A stretch of 64,000 nt of DNA, taken from assembly GCA_964016885.1 (NCBI GenBank), contig OZ024742.1, forward strand, positions 352,408,001 through 352,472,000, read 5' to 3'. The position numbers and the translations under genes are program-made. The stretch is from Eledone cirrhosa. Lineage: Eukaryota. Below the pieces are notes generated by a model that saw only the letters and a list, made by a program, of their open reading frames with translations, ran no database searches and was not told the origin of the DNA. Positions 28,101 to 43,060 of the stretch are shown here, piece after piece (position 1 is the first letter of the stretch; every line of letters begins with the position of its first letter).

Positions 28101-29540
28101 ATACTGCTTTTCAGGTGCGTTTCGGTTAGTGCCATGCATAGTGCTTGATTGCTTATGGCTAAGTCTCCCAGGTAGGACATTTTACTCATGTTACTGAGTT
28201 TCACCAGGCCTCTGACATTCAGCAGCAGCACTGGTGTGACTTGTGGGGTGCCAGTAATGGCTGTCGGTATGACACCTGATCTGGTGTCAGTGGCGGCCAC
28301 TCTGGGTCCCTTAACTGTGGTGGTCTCGAGTGCTGGTGTGGATGACCCTGGCTCTGGAGACGTTGCAGCCAGGTCAGCTGTTATACAATCTTCTCTGCCA
28401 TCACTAAAAAATGTTTCTGATCTGCTGGTGCCATCTGTATCTCGTCGGCATATGCGTGCCTTATCCTTGTTGGTGCGGCACGCGCGACATCAGCATACTT
28501 CTGGAGCGGCTTATTTCGGCTTTGGCTGGGGTATGTTGCGCGAGTATGATGGGCATAGTTCGTTTGAGACCTAGGGTGGGCGAATCTGCATCCCATCCCT
28601 GTCTCTCCATGCCAGCATGTCCCGTTCTTGAAAAACTTGCACATTACTTGGGGTTTTTTTTGCTCCCAGTGTCTCGGTGCTTTCTGTTCTTCCTTTGAAC
28701 AGTTTTCCACTGGTCCCTCTGCGCTTGGTTCTCCTTCGGAAGCTGATTTCGCTTTTCACCTTTGCCCTTTGCTTGTTGGCTCCCCGGCCTGCCCTCCCTG
28801 CCTGTGGCGGAGGGTATATCATTTTATTTCAGGCCCGTGCTTGTGCTCTCCTCCTTTTCTTTTTCCTTTTCCTTTTCCCTCTCTTTCTCCTCATCCCTAT
28901 CTTCGGTTTTCTCCTCCCTGAGGACACGGCTTAGAATCGCCATATGTGGTGCTATGAGGACATACGCCTTCTTAATTTCTTTTCTCTTTCTCTCTATCTG
29001 TGCCAGGGTCCTCAGAAACCCATGGCTCTTCAGTTTCTCCGCCATCTTTTTGCTTGGTGGAGACCCATCAGCCATGGTCAACCCCTTGATCAAAACCGCT
29101 AGTTCCATCTTTGACCAGTTTCATTGACTCCTAATTTCACCTTTTTCCTGCATGCAGTCCATTTCGCTGTGGAGGGGAGAAAGAGAGACAGTGGGAATTG
29201 TAGGGTAGAGGTTAGAGAGGGACAGAGGGAGGGAGGGAGATAGAGATATAACTCCAGTTAGATATTGAAGGAACGATCTAGATGAAAAGAGAGAGAGAGA
29301 GCTTGCACGATCCAGAGAGCGAGAAAAAGAAAGTGAAACAGAAGAAAAGAAAAGGAAAGGGGGAGAGAGACAGAAGAGGGGAGCGAGAGATATAGCGGGA
29401 AGAGTGGGGGGAAGGTCAGAGGGAGAGAGAGGAGATAGAGAGAGAGAGAGCGCGTTGATCTATTGAGAGAGAGGGAGAGAGAAAGCTCGTTGATCTAGAG
29501 AGAGAGAGAGAGGAAGGAAGGAGAGAGATAGAGACAGCGT
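25191..29540 (-). mobile_element. Near full-length degenerate CR1-group LINE (ORF1 and APE-RT ORF2); 5' boundary uncertain
   Basis: APE: LLNVRGL, LTETHL, FRSDR, LDLCFTN, SDHN; RT: YRPVSLTS, QHGFRPGRSC, YLDFRKAFDKV, GVPQG, YDDDTK; 3' stem-loop cagcc/ggctg; CT-rich leader. Confidence 0.93.
28381..29108 (-). pseudogene. LINE ORF1 remnant with CCCH zinc-finger-like motif
   Basis: CKFFKNGTCWHGETGMGCRFAHP in ORF 28381..28710; charged coiled-coil-like segment in 28824..29108. Confidence 0.7.
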
Positions 29541-30118
29541 GAGCAATAGCAGTTCATAAATATAAAAATAAATTTTAAACTAAATTAATGAATGGAAGAA
29601 ACCGGACTCATAAAGATATAGAAACACGATGTAAGTTGTATATAAGTTGAATCTAAATGTTTGTTTACAAATATACGAAGTTATTGTAATATCAACATAT
29701 CAAACAAGAAAAAACAAACACACATGCTCACCGAGTCAAAAACAAATATATTATATTAAATTAAATTATGTTACTCAGAAAAATCAAAATAATACAAGAT
29801 CTGTTTAAGTTAAATTAAAATTAGATTACGCATGCTCTGTATGGTAGTCAAGAAAAATAGAAAGCACGTGTGTGTGTTGTCTCCTATGAAGGTATCACAC
29901 AGTGAAAATAAACATGTTTAAAACGGTAATATATGTAAAATATACTTCAAAATAATTGCGTCAAAGCACAAAAACTTATCTTTTTTGTATGTTTTACTTG
30001 TCCTCTGAAAAATTAAAGCCATACATAAATTCGATTTACTGTCGATTTAAAATATTAAAATTTCAAATCTGGAGATACGAGAACCACGTCTTATACCAAC
30101 AAGTTACCAAGCCTAAAC

Positions 30119-30149
<31 letters not shown>

Positions 30150-30166
30150 CATGTGTGTGTGTGTAC

Positions 30167-30212
<46 letters not shown>

Positions 30213-30214
<2 letters not shown>

Positions 30215-30594
30215 GATATTAATAAATGGAAACTATATTTATAAAACCATATATGTCATAGTTCTAAGCACAATTAGAAAAAGACATCTTTTCCTAATTA
30301 TGACTTATTATATAAACAAATCACTATCCAGACAGCCTCCAAAAGTAATGGTTGTATTTTAAAGGGTACATCAAACCTATTTGTAAAACTTTTATACATT
30401 GTATTTTGTCTGATGAAGGCATACCAAAATTTAATGTGGTATCCCTGAAATATGTATAATGAAATAAATATTATTTTATAAATATAGTTTCCATTTATTA
30501 ATATCGTATATCTACTCCAAAAATTTGTCGAGTGCTTTATATCAGTTATAAAAATATTTACTTGTTGTATCCCAACAACTTTAATTAGAACTTT

Positions 30595-30598
<4 letters not shown>
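30213..30598 (+). mobile_element. Family D non-coding hammerhead element with short inverted 5' segment
   Basis: 30213-30252 is inverted relative to ~30468-30507; homologs at 31292, 43961, 45645 and 53383. Confidence 0.85.
30402..30466 (+). ncRNA. Type I hammerhead (family D)
   Basis: tattttgt-CTGATGA-aggcatacca..tggtatccct-GAAA-tatgta-TA-atgaaata. Confidence 0.88.
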
Positions 30599-30643
<45 letters not shown>

Positions 30644-30650
30644 TATGTAC

Positions 30651-30742
<92 letters not shown>

Positions 30743-30767
30743 GTACATATATATATATATATATATA

Positions 30768-30815
<48 letters not shown>

Positions 30816-30877
30816 GTATATATATAGATATAGATATATATATATATATGTACGAATATATATATATTTATATGTAC

Positions 30878-30931
<54 letters not shown>

Positions 30932-30932
30932 G

Positions 30933-30970
<38 letters not shown>

Positions 30971-30980
30971 TATATGTACG

Positions 30981-31039
<59 letters not shown>

Positions 31040-31060
31040 GTACGTATATATATATATATA

Positions 31061-31121
<61 letters not shown>

Positions 31122-31122
31122 G

Positions 31123-31197
<75 letters not shown>

Positions 31198-31230
31198 GTA
31201 TATATACATATATATATATATGTACGTATT

Positions 31231-31294
<64 letters not shown>

Positions 31295-31422
31295 AAGTTA
31301 TATTTAAAATTGTTGGGTTACAACTAGTAAATATTTATAACTGATATAAAAGCACTCGACAAATATTTGGAGTATATTTACAATATTAAATAAATGGAAA
31401 ACTATATTTATAAAACCATATT

Positions 31423-31488
31423 TATTTCATTATATATATTTCGGGGATATCATATTAACAATATGTTATGCCTTCATCAGACAAAATA
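31423..31488 (-). ncRNA. Type I hammerhead (family D, left arm)
   Basis: Mirror image of 31643-31708. Confidence 0.82.
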
Positions 31489-31642
31489 CAATATAAACAG
31501 TTTTATAGATAAATATATTCGACATACCGTAATAAACATCAACTTCATTTGAAGAGGTTTACTCTAGAGTAAACCTCTTCAAATGAAGTTGATGTTTATT
31601 ACGGTATGTCGAATATACTTATCTATAAAACTGTTTATATTG

Positions 31643-31708
31643 TATTTTGTCTGATGAAGGCATAACATATTGTTAATATGATATCCCCGAAATATATATA
31701 ATGAAATA
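31643..31708 (+). ncRNA. Type I hammerhead (family D, right arm)
   Basis: tattttgt-CTGATGA-stem II-GAAA-tatata-TA-atgaaata. Confidence 0.82.
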
Positions 31709-31746
31709 AATATGGTTTTATAAATATAGTTTTCCATTTATTTAAT

Positions 31747-31858
<112 letters not shown>

Positions 31859-31880
31859 TATATATATATATATATATATA

Positions 31881-34800
31881 TTTCGTTTCTGAATTTGTTT
31901 AGCAAGATTCTTTATCTGAAATCGTGTGTGTTGAAACCGTTATTGTTATACTTTGGGAGGGTCATGTTGCCAATAAGAAACACACGCACCAGTTCTTTCA
32001 CTTCAATTTATTATATATTTATAAATTTATAAATTTACAAATCTACAAACTTATAAATTTCTGGTTGGTTGGTTGGTTCAAAAAACCAGATTGTTGTTTA
32101 TATATAGTCATAGGCTTTCGTCACACACTATGTGACCTCTTCAGTGACTGGGGATTCCCTTTCTTTGTTTCTGTGCCCTTCCTTTCTTCTGTCCTACGCC
32201 ATTTTGTTTCTGTGTGTGTGTTGTGTGCTCAGTTTGAGCATGCGCCACATCCGGGTGTCTGTGTGTGTTTGTGTTCATTTATCTATTTGTTTATTTATTT
32301 ACATGTTGTTGGTTGGTTGTTTGTTCTATGTGTGTGTGTGTTTTCATTTTGTCCTTAATTGTAAGTTGTGATGTTGCTGTTCCACTCATATTTTCTATTT
32401 AATTTTGGTTGTAATTCTTTTATGCTTACTGCCTCTGTAATTTGCCTAAACATTGCATCTTTTCTGTGTGTGGATTCTATTTTTATTTTTATGTTCTCTA
32501 ATTTACCCTTGTGTTCTATCTTAGCATGTTGGCAGAGTACAGATGATTCTTTATTATCTTGAAGGTCTCACCAGTGTTCATTTATCCGTTCCCCTATACT
32601 ACGAGCTGTCTCACCTATGTACACTATATTTTTGTTTCTACATTGTCCTTCAGTACATCTCATGCTATACACTACATTTCTAGTTTTACAGTTAATATGG
32701 GGGCTTATTTTACAGGTTATACATTACTTATCTATACATGAGGGTCTTTGGAACGGGTATGTCTTGCTAATAAGTGTTTTTACGGAGATACCTGGTCTTT
32801 CTACTATCTTAATATTGAGTTTATGTTTATTTAGGGCCCTTCTAAATTTGTAGGCTAGTTCGCCTCTAGGGGTTGTATTGATGAACATTACACTCTGGTA
32901 TTTATTGCTATCATACCATGAGTTTATTCTATTGGCATTGTTCCTAGTTCGTTTTATTCTATTACAAAATTTGCTCCTATACAAGGGGCAGGTCCCATTT
33001 ATGTCATTATTTACCATTTTTTCTCATTTGGTTCTGGCTCCTCTATACACTCTGATTCTATCTCTGGGATTGTAGCCAGAGAACTGCATACGGTGGATGA
33101 AGTGTTGTATGTGTCTCTCTAGTTCTTCGGGGTTGCACATGCGGGACACATTTCTCATCACCCGTACCAAATCCGCAATCAGTATGTTGATTTTGGTATG
33201 GTCCGAAATGGCCGAGTTTCGGTGGATCAGATGTTTGAAAGTCATGGGTTTGGCATAATGGGAATGAAGGATTTGTTTATGGTTGTTAATGGTATCTAAC
33301 CAGAGCTCTGTGTTTAGTACTGGTAATCGATGGTTGGGGTGTCTACTTGGGTAGTCTATAGTAACTCTAATGCTCTGGTGGATGGAGTTTGCTATTTGCT
33401 GGATGCTTTCCATTGTGTTTTTCTCTAGTTCCTGACTGTTCTCTAGTGGGGGTGTCTTAACTACGATGTTTATATCATCTACGTGGCGGCAGTACATTAT
33501 CAGGGTTAAGCTGTCTTCTAATTGTTCTTTAAGTTTAAGTTTAAGTCTACTGTCCCACCATACCATGAATAAGTTAGCTATGTCGCCTGCAATGCTAACA
33601 TCAATGGCTGCTCCTTCCTCTTGGGCATATGTTTTTCCATTAAATTTGAATATATGTTCCTTAAGGGTTAATTTTATGCTGGCCCCTACCGCATGTGCAA
33701 TCATTTTCTTTAGTTCATCGTGGTTTTCGGGTGTCCGTATGGCTCTGGTCCACCCGTTCCATCTATCTGTGTGGGTTTTCTTGGCCATAGAGGTAATGGT
33801 AGGTGGTCTGCCTCTTGCTGGTCTTGTAGGGCACAGGTTGCTAAGGTCATAAGTGTCTAGGTAACTATTACTATGGGTAAGCTTAAGTAGAAGTCCCAGC
33901 TCACTGGTATCAATTCCATGGAACTCAAACTTGCTCTCGCTGATCATTTCTACGCATTTCTCCACAGCAAAATCCACGTCAATAGATGGATACAGGGACA
34001 CAACATCCATACTGCCTTTTATGCAGTTTGTTAGGTCCACAGATCGGTTACCCACGCCGATTCCGCTGAGGAGGTCGTCCGTGCTGTCACATACATCTGG
34101 GGACATCTCAATGATGGGGCGTATGATCAGTGAGAGGAAGTAGGACAGTCTGTAGTTACTAGCAATGTTAGCTCCACAGACTGGCCGTGTTGATGGTCCC
34201 GCGACAGGGTCACAGCCCGTTTATGGTCTTTTCGAAGCCAACACAACGCCGGCACGTCATTGTTCCAGGCCTGGAAGTTGTTGGCAGTCCTTTTGTTGGG
34301 CTGCATTATATTCGTCCACATCACCATATGGGCATTGAGGGCTTTTTCTCTATTTTCATGCTCCTGTGGTGTTACCTCTCTTGTGTTAGTGACGTGAGGT
34401 TGCATTGCCTGGATGTAGTTTGGCAGGCTGTCAACCGACATTCTTTCAGACTTGTCTGTTGGAAAGCATGCTATCTCTCCATTACGCGAGCGCTGCATGA
34501 GCTTACGCAAGCCATTTGCAGATTTTTCTCCCAGTTGCTGGGCCTCTATTCTATTATGCTTCTTGCTATACTGTTCTATAATATTTCTAAGTTCGGATTT
34601 AGCTATACTAAATTGTGCTTCTGTTTGTTCATCGACGTGCGACGGCAACTGCGTGCGTTTGTTAAATGGTAAAGTCGTGGCGTGGACTCGTCGCAGGTCG
34701 AATGATTTATCGGAGGGATTATAAAACGGAGCGTTCCAGGCTGCTGCTTTATGTGTACTAGTGCTATTGTTATTGTTAGTTGTGTTGTTTCTATTTCTAT

Positions 34801-35675
34801 TTCCACCAACAGCCTCATTGTTGTTTCTATGTCTCTCATAATTACTCCTGTCTCTTTCCACTGGCTCAATGTTGTTATCTACCCTATTTTGTGTGTCTTT
34901 GTATTCGTCTTGGTTATTCTCTTTGTCCTTAGTCTCCCATCTCCTTTTCCTTTTAATCTTATTACTTTCCCTTATTTCTCTGATTTCTGTGCTACTGTCA
35001 TTACTTGTTTTCTGTGTCTGTGTGTTTGTTAAGATTGTGGTGGTGGTGAGAGGCATTGAATGCGTGTGTGTTGTTGTTGTTGATGTGTGCTGTTGTTGAT
35101 GTGTGTTGTTGTTGTCTCTGTGTGTGTTATCGTTGTTGTGTGTGTTGTTATTGTTGTTTGTGTCTGCGTGTCTGTTGTTGTTGTTTCTGGGTATGTTGCT
35201 ATTGTTGTTGTTGTTGATGTGTGTGTTGTTGTTATTGTTGTTTGTGTCTGTGTGTCTGTTGTTGTTGGGATGTGTGTTGTATATGTGTGTGCGTATATTG
35301 TTGCTTTTGTTTTTGATGCTCCAGCGTAGTTTTGTAAATGATTTTTCTATTTCTGACAGACAACTAATCATATTTACCTTCTTGAATGTCGCAAATTCCG
35401 GCGACAAATATAACACAGACATTTCATCATTATCTATTTTTGCGTTCCCATAAATGTTGGTGTTTTTGTTGTTGAACTCTTCTGATAATGAGGTGTCGGC
35501 CATGTTGATACCGTCAATTTTGTCGGGATATCTATTGGTATACTCTATAGTATCCTGATTTAGCTTTGCCTGTTTAAGCCACTTTAGTTTCCAGTTAAAG
35601 TGCTTATCACATTCTTGAGTAATGTACTGTTCTTCTATAGAGCCCAACTACTATTAGGTTGTTGATTTGACTGCA
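31881..35675 (-). mobile_element. PLE4: Penelope-like element related to PLE3, degenerate
   Basis: PTDKSER, LRKDHK, GSMDVVSLYPSI, RHVDD; GIY-YIG continues past stops (NVVYSMRC, YIGETARS) to ~32355; Asn-rich low-complexity insert in N-terminal region. Confidence 0.92.
32106..32149 (-). ncRNA. Minimal type I hammerhead in PLE4 pLTR
   Basis: Minus strand: agtca-CTGAAGA-g-gtcaca(tagtg)tgtgac-GAAA-gcc-TA-tgact. Confidence 0.8.
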
Positions 35676-35687
35676 TATATTTATATA

Positions 35688-36011
<324 letters not shown>

Positions 36012-36064
36012 TATATAAATATATGCAGTCAAATCAACAACCTAATAGTAGTTGGGCTCTATAG

Positions 36065-38231
36065 GCCACCCCAAACGCCTCTACCATGCTTCAAGGAATG
36101 CCTCAACAGCATAAAGTGTTTCATCCAAAAGTGTCACCCTGACCACATCTTAATGATGGTGACTTCAACCTCCACGGAGTTGACTGGTCCACAAACAGCC
36201 TGCCACCAGGTTCTTCTGCCTCAACCTCTGACAGGGAAGCAGTGTAATTGCTACTTGATTTCATGGATGAATTCTTCCTGTCCCAACTGGTGCTCGAATC
36301 AACGAGGCGCCACAAAATCGTTCCAGACTTAATTTTCAGCAATCACACTGACACTATTCACAATATTGCAGTGGAGAAAACTCTACTCTCTGATCATGAC
36401 ATGGTTCTCTGTGATCTGAGATTCCACCGTCCAATATAGAAACCCAATGTCATCTCTCCTGTCCATCCGTTTGACTCTATCGATTTCCACAATGCAAACT
36501 GGGAAGCGATCAGTCATGATCTTTCACATGTCGACTGGTTCTTCACGCACACTCACATACCCAGTAACACCAAAAATCATGGCAGACATGTTTGGACACT
36601 GTTACAAACATATGTGCAAAACACACCCCATTAAGAACTATAAACAAATCTAAGAGCAGAATCCCTAGAAATAGAAAAAAACTCATCAGGAAAATTAAGA
36701 GAACTAACAAAAAAATCAACAAGCTGAAATACTGTCAGCAGCAACACACCAACTTGACTGCCATTTCATCACTAGAGATTAAAAAACATAACCTCCAAAA
36801 CAATATGATGTCTATCATCAACAATCAGAGAAGAGCTGAAGAGGCCTGGGCCATTGAAAAGATAAAACACAATCCCAAAGTGTTCTTTTCATTTGCCAAA
36901 AAAACACAAAATCACAGGCTCTACTGTTGGCCCTCTAGTTGATGAAAATGGCACTCTTCAAGACAATGCTAAAAGCATGTGTGAGATACTGCAGAAAAAA
37001 TACTGCTCTGTTTTCAGCAAATTTGATATGGCCGATCTGGGCTGTATCGGCGATGTTATTCCCCATTACACCTTATCGGATATAACGTTTGGCGCCCCTA
37101 ATGTCTTAGCGGCAATAAAGGAAGTCAAGTATAATTCAGCAGTAGGTCCCGATAGGTTCCCTGCTTGTGTCTTGAAGGCGTGTCAACATCAACTTGCATC
37201 TCCTCTTGCCAATCTGTGTCGGAACTCACTGGATGCTGGATATGTGCCAGAAAACCTTCTATCCCAGTCTGTTGTCCCAGTTTTCAAAAAAAGGAAACAA
37301 ATCCCTTGCCGTGAATTAGCGTCCAATCTCACTCACCTCTCATATCATTAAGGTATTTGAGAGAGTGGTGAGATCGCGAATGACTCACTTCCTTCAGAGT
37401 AAAAATATGCTGAACTCTAACCAACATGGATTCCGTAATGGAAGGGATTGCCTGACGCAGCTACTGCATCACTTTGATGACATTTTGAGAGCCTTGGGAG
37501 AGGGTTCCAACACTGATGTTATCTACCTTGATTTCAGCAAGGCCTTTGACAGGGTTGATCATAACATTCTACTGAGAAAGCTGTCCAATATTGGTGTCAC
37601 TGGAAAGCTGCTGCAGTGGATCAAGAGCTTCCTGTCAAATAGAACCCAACATGTTGTAGTTGAAGGAGTCAAATCCAGCCCAGCCAAAGTCAGTAGTGGG
37701 GTCCCACAAGGCACTGTGTTGGGCCCACTTCTCTTCATCATCTATATTAATGACATCACTGACATCATCAAACACAGCAACATTAAAATTGTCGCTGATG
37801 ATTCCAAGCTCCAAAAAGTCATCAATGGCGTGGATGACCGGATAAGCCTTCAGTCAGACCTACTGGCTGTTACCCAATGGGCGGAAAAGAACAACATGTT
37901 ACTGAACGAAGACAAATTCGAACTGATCCACTTTGGAAAAGAGGATGCTCTGAAACTCTCGTACTCCCTTCCCTCCGGGGAAACTCTCGTGGCATCTAAC
38001 AACATCAGAGACTTAGGAGTAACCGTGGACAGCAACATAAGCTGGGCCACGCATATAAGCAGCAAAGTTGACATGGCCCGCAGAATGTGTTCCTGGATAC
38101 TCAGAACTTTCCAGTCGAGATATTCCCACACCATTATCCTCCTCTTCTCTACTTTTGCCCGACCACACCTTGAATACTGTTGTCCACTGTGGTCTCCCCA
38201 CACGAAACAAAGTATCATGAAACTTGAAGCA
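36065..38231 (+). mobile_element. Second CR1-group LINE family, internal ORF2 fragment (APE end plus RT), frameshifted
   Basis: [65 protein letters not shown]. Confidence 0.92.
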
Positions 38232-38314
38232 TACACACACATACACCCATACATCTATATATATATGTATACACATATAAAGAGAGAGGCATACACACAC
38301 ACACACACACACAC

Positions 38315-38359
<45 letters not shown>

Positions 38360-38502
38360 TATATATACATATACACACACATACATACACACATGTACAC
38401 ACATATGTATGTACATATATATGCACATACATACACACACACACACATATATATAGGTACATACACATACATACACACACACATAAACATACATATCTAT
38501 CC

Positions 38503-38567
<65 letters not shown>

Positions 38568-38628
38568 TACACACACACATATATACAAACATACACATAC
38601 ATACATGTACATATACACATAAATAAAC

Positions 38629-38691
<63 letters not shown>

Positions 38692-38899
38692 CACACATAT
38701 ATATACATATATATATACACACACACACATACAAACATACACACATACATACATATATGTATATATATACACACACATACACACACACACATACACACAC
38801 CCACATACATATATACCCACACGTACATACATCCATACATCCCTACACACATATATGTGTGTGTCTCACCGTTCATTCAGATATTCATGTGTATACATA

Positions 38900-39656
38900 A
38901 GAATAGGGGGGGGGTAGTGAAATGGAATTTTACCTCCGAGTGTTAATTCATTTTTTCGTGTTCAGTAGTGGTTTACATTTTTCAATGAATAATTCTTCTT
39001 TATATCTGCGGAAATGTTCGTTATCCGACCATATCTTGAAGAAAGGGAAGATTGTGAATTTTCCCTTCCCGCATGATGCAAAGTGCGCTACATGTGGTAT
39101 TTCTGACTGTGGGGTCTTTAATTTGTTGTTTATGTACCCGGACTCTATCATGTAATCCCGTTCCGGTTTCCCCAATGTAATACTCTTTACACTGTGGACA
39201 TGTTGCGCAATATATTAGGTTTTTCGTTTTGCAGTTCATGTTAGCATTGACCTTGAAATTATCATGGTTTTTGAATGACAACTGTTTGCCCTCTTCGATG
39301 AGTTCACAGGTTCCACATCTAGGGTCCCCGCATTTCGTCACTTGCATTGATTCCATGTTGGTCGTAAATTTTGCCTTGGTAATTAGTTTTTTAAGATTGG
39401 GTGCATGGCGTCAGCTATAAATTATCTGTGTTTTTTAAGAGTGCATTCATTTTGGTAGATTGCTGTGGAATCGGGAGATACTGCTTAGCAGTTTTCATAA
39501 TGTTGATGTTCCCTGGGTTGTGAGTGATGACAAAAGAGATAGCAAGGTTTTCTTTTTTATGTTGTGGGTTTCGTTTTCTCAGTGTTGTTATTGGGATGTT
39601 CTTAGCCTTGGAGATGGCTGCGTTGATGAGTTTCATCGGGTATTCTTGTTTTTTAA

Positions 39657-39658
<2 letters not shown>
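38900..39658 (-). pseudogene. PLE5 fragment: Zn-finger linker plus GIY-YIG endonuclease (Neptune-like layout)
   Basis: KCGDPRCGTC, NCKTKNLIYCATCPQCKEYYIGETG..L..RV..H. Confidence 0.88.
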
Positions 39659-39691
<33 letters not shown>

Positions 39692-39693
39692 CG

Positions 39694-39779
<86 letters not shown>

Positions 39780-39800
39780 CGTATATATATATATATATAC

Positions 39801-39862
<62 letters not shown>

Positions 39863-39961
39863 GTATGTATATATACGTATATATATATATATATATATGT
39901 ACGTATATATATATATATATATATATATACGTATATATACACGATTATGTATATACATACG

Positions 39962-40026
<65 letters not shown>

Positions 40027-40084
40027 GTATATATATATATACGTATATACATATATACATATATATATATATATATTTACGTAT

Positions 40085-40119
<35 letters not shown>

Positions 40120-40147
40120 CGTATATACATATATATTTATATATATG

Positions 40148-40230
<83 letters not shown>

Positions 40231-40260
40231 GTATATACATATATATATATATATACATAT

Positions 40261-40295
<35 letters not shown>

Positions 40296-40327
40296 CGTAT
40301 ATACATATATATATATATATATGTATA

Positions 40328-40366
<39 letters not shown>

Positions 40367-40372
40367 GTATAT

Positions 40373-40403
<31 letters not shown>

Positions 40404-40405
40404 CG

Positions 40406-40460
<55 letters not shown>

Positions 40461-40473
40461 GTATATACATATA

Positions 40474-40512
<39 letters not shown>

Positions 40513-40518
40513 GTATAT

Positions 40519-40549
<31 letters not shown>

Positions 40550-40551
40550 CG

Positions 40552-40590
<39 letters not shown>

Positions 40591-40621
40591 GTATATACAT
40601 ATATATATATATATATGTATA

Positions 40622-40658
<37 letters not shown>

Positions 40659-40664
40659 GTATAT

Positions 40665-40695
<31 letters not shown>

Positions 40696-40697
40696 CG

Positions 40698-40816
<119 letters not shown>

Positions 40817-40822
40817 GTATAT

Positions 40823-40858
<36 letters not shown>

Positions 40859-40859
40859 G

Positions 40860-40893
<34 letters not shown>

Positions 40894-40925
40894 CGTATAT
40901 ACATATATATATATATATATGTATA

Positions 40926-40968
<43 letters not shown>

Positions 40969-40974
40969 GTATAT

Positions 40975-41005
<31 letters not shown>

Positions 41006-41007
41006 CG

Positions 41008-41101
<94 letters not shown>

Positions 41102-41131
41102 TATACGTATATACATATATATATATATACG

Positions 41132-41210
<79 letters not shown>

Positions 41211-41232
41211 GTATAAACATATACACATATAT

Positions 41233-41826
41233 GGTGGCTGCCAACTCGTTTTCGAGTACGGACACTGCTTTATATCTTTGTAGGAGAACCCTACCGATGC
41301 GCTGAACGAGTATGACTTTTTAGTCCAGCCAGCGACTTGAAATCTCTGGTACAAACACTACACTTGTGACAATTATTGATACATAGTGCTGGGCCCATGG
41401 TATCATGTGACAACAAGTGCAGAGAGCTCTCCAGATATAAAGCAATGCCTGTGCCGTGAAGCTTTTATAGTGAGCAAAGGCACTGCACAAAGCCAGTCCC
41501 ACTCTCTTAACTAAGATGATATTTACGAAAAAGAAGATCAAGTCAACATCATTGGATACCATCAGGGTTGCAGGTGTTATATCAGAGTTTTCCTTCTCCT
41601 AGAATTCTGCCTTGACAAATGCTAAGGGGTCATCTCTCCCGGTGATTTTGGATGGCCATTGACTGTTAAGAGCTCCTTTGTCCTTTGACAGGTTTCGTTT
41701 TTAGTCCTGCAGGATATCCAAAGTCACCCTCCTCACCAAGAAACCTTGGTGGGGTTGCCAGTTTAGTCACCAACGACCCGACCATGAGACAGGTTGTACT
41801 GGGATACATGTTACCAGTAGCACCAG
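41233..41826 (-). mobile_element. Bipartite non-autonomous RTE-derived element (~600 bp)
   Basis: RTE-like 5' UTR motif ggagaaggaaa-ctctga joined to a 3' C2H2 remnant; further copies at 45024 and 49033. Confidence 0.8.
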
Positions 41827-41830
41827 TATT

Positions 41831-41880
<50 letters not shown>

Positions 41881-41888
41881 CGTATATA

Positions 41889-41976
<88 letters not shown>

Positions 41977-42001
41977 CGTATATATATATATACGTATATA
42001 T

Positions 42002-42034
<33 letters not shown>

Positions 42035-42367
42035 CGTATATATATATATATATTATATATGTATATATATATATATATATATACGTATATATATATATAC
42101 GTATATATATATATATATGTATATACATATATATATATATACGTATATATATATATATACGTATATATATATATATATATATATACACGTATATGTATAT
42201 ATATACGTATATATATATATATATATATATAGCAAGTAAGTATGTTTTGAAACAGTGAGCGAGTTTGAAATTAGAAAATATATAGCTTTCACCGTATTTT
42301 TGACTAAAGGAACTTTAGCTTGATAACGGGGTTTAGAACCCTCAGATAAATGGAAAAAGATGAGTAT

Positions 42368-42438
42368 TGGCGTACATGGGAGTCGAACCCACATCTGTGG
42401 TTATCGCGACCACTGTGCTACCATTACACCAACACATC
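42368..42438 (-). other. tRNA-like cloverleaf (SINE head or pseudo-tRNA) in a ~259-bp tandem unit (42231-42654)
   Basis: A box tggtgtaatggt, anticodon stem gtggt/accac, T arm gtggg-ttcgact-cccat; acceptor stem imperfect. Confidence 0.75.
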
Positions 42439-42675
42439 ACCTATCTCTTTCCATTGAAATTAGAAACTACATTATTAGCGAGTTTAAATAGCAAGTAAGT
42501 ATGTTTTGAAACAGTGAGCGAGTTTGAAATTAGAAAATATATAGCTTTCACCGTATTTTTTACTAAAGGAATTTTAGCTTGATAACGGGGTTTAGAACCC
42601 TCAGATAAATGGAAAAAGATGAGTATTGACGTACATGGGAGTCGAACCCACATCACGTATATATATATATATACG

Positions 42676-42727
<52 letters not shown>

Positions 42728-42970
42728 TATACAATATATTTAGAAACACACAGATACATGCGGACACACACATATACATGAATGCATCCACATCCAATCG
42801 TGAGTTAATGGTGCCAACCTTACCGATGTTGCTCTATGAATAACTGGGACAGACCAATCCGGTTGAATTAGACTGAACCAATATCAGAGCTAAAAACACA
42901 TTATGAAGAGAGAAGAAACATTTAGATATAATTAGTAATAAAATGTATCATAGCTAAACTGCTCCTAGAT

Positions 42971-43060
42971 TCCTCGACTACGTAGTTTCGTGGCATAAAC
43001 AAAAACAATACATCATAAAGATATAGAGTTTTAACGAGGTCTGCCGACTTATCAAGAAGA
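42971..43060 (-). ncRNA. Hammerhead, U3-A8 variant, long stem II (left arm)
   Basis: Mirror image of 43303-43392. Confidence 0.75.

Noticed and set aside
33024-33026. In-frame TGA codons in PLE3/PLE4 as selenocysteine
   Set aside because: They align to non-Cys residues in the sister element, and both copies have other stops and frameshifts
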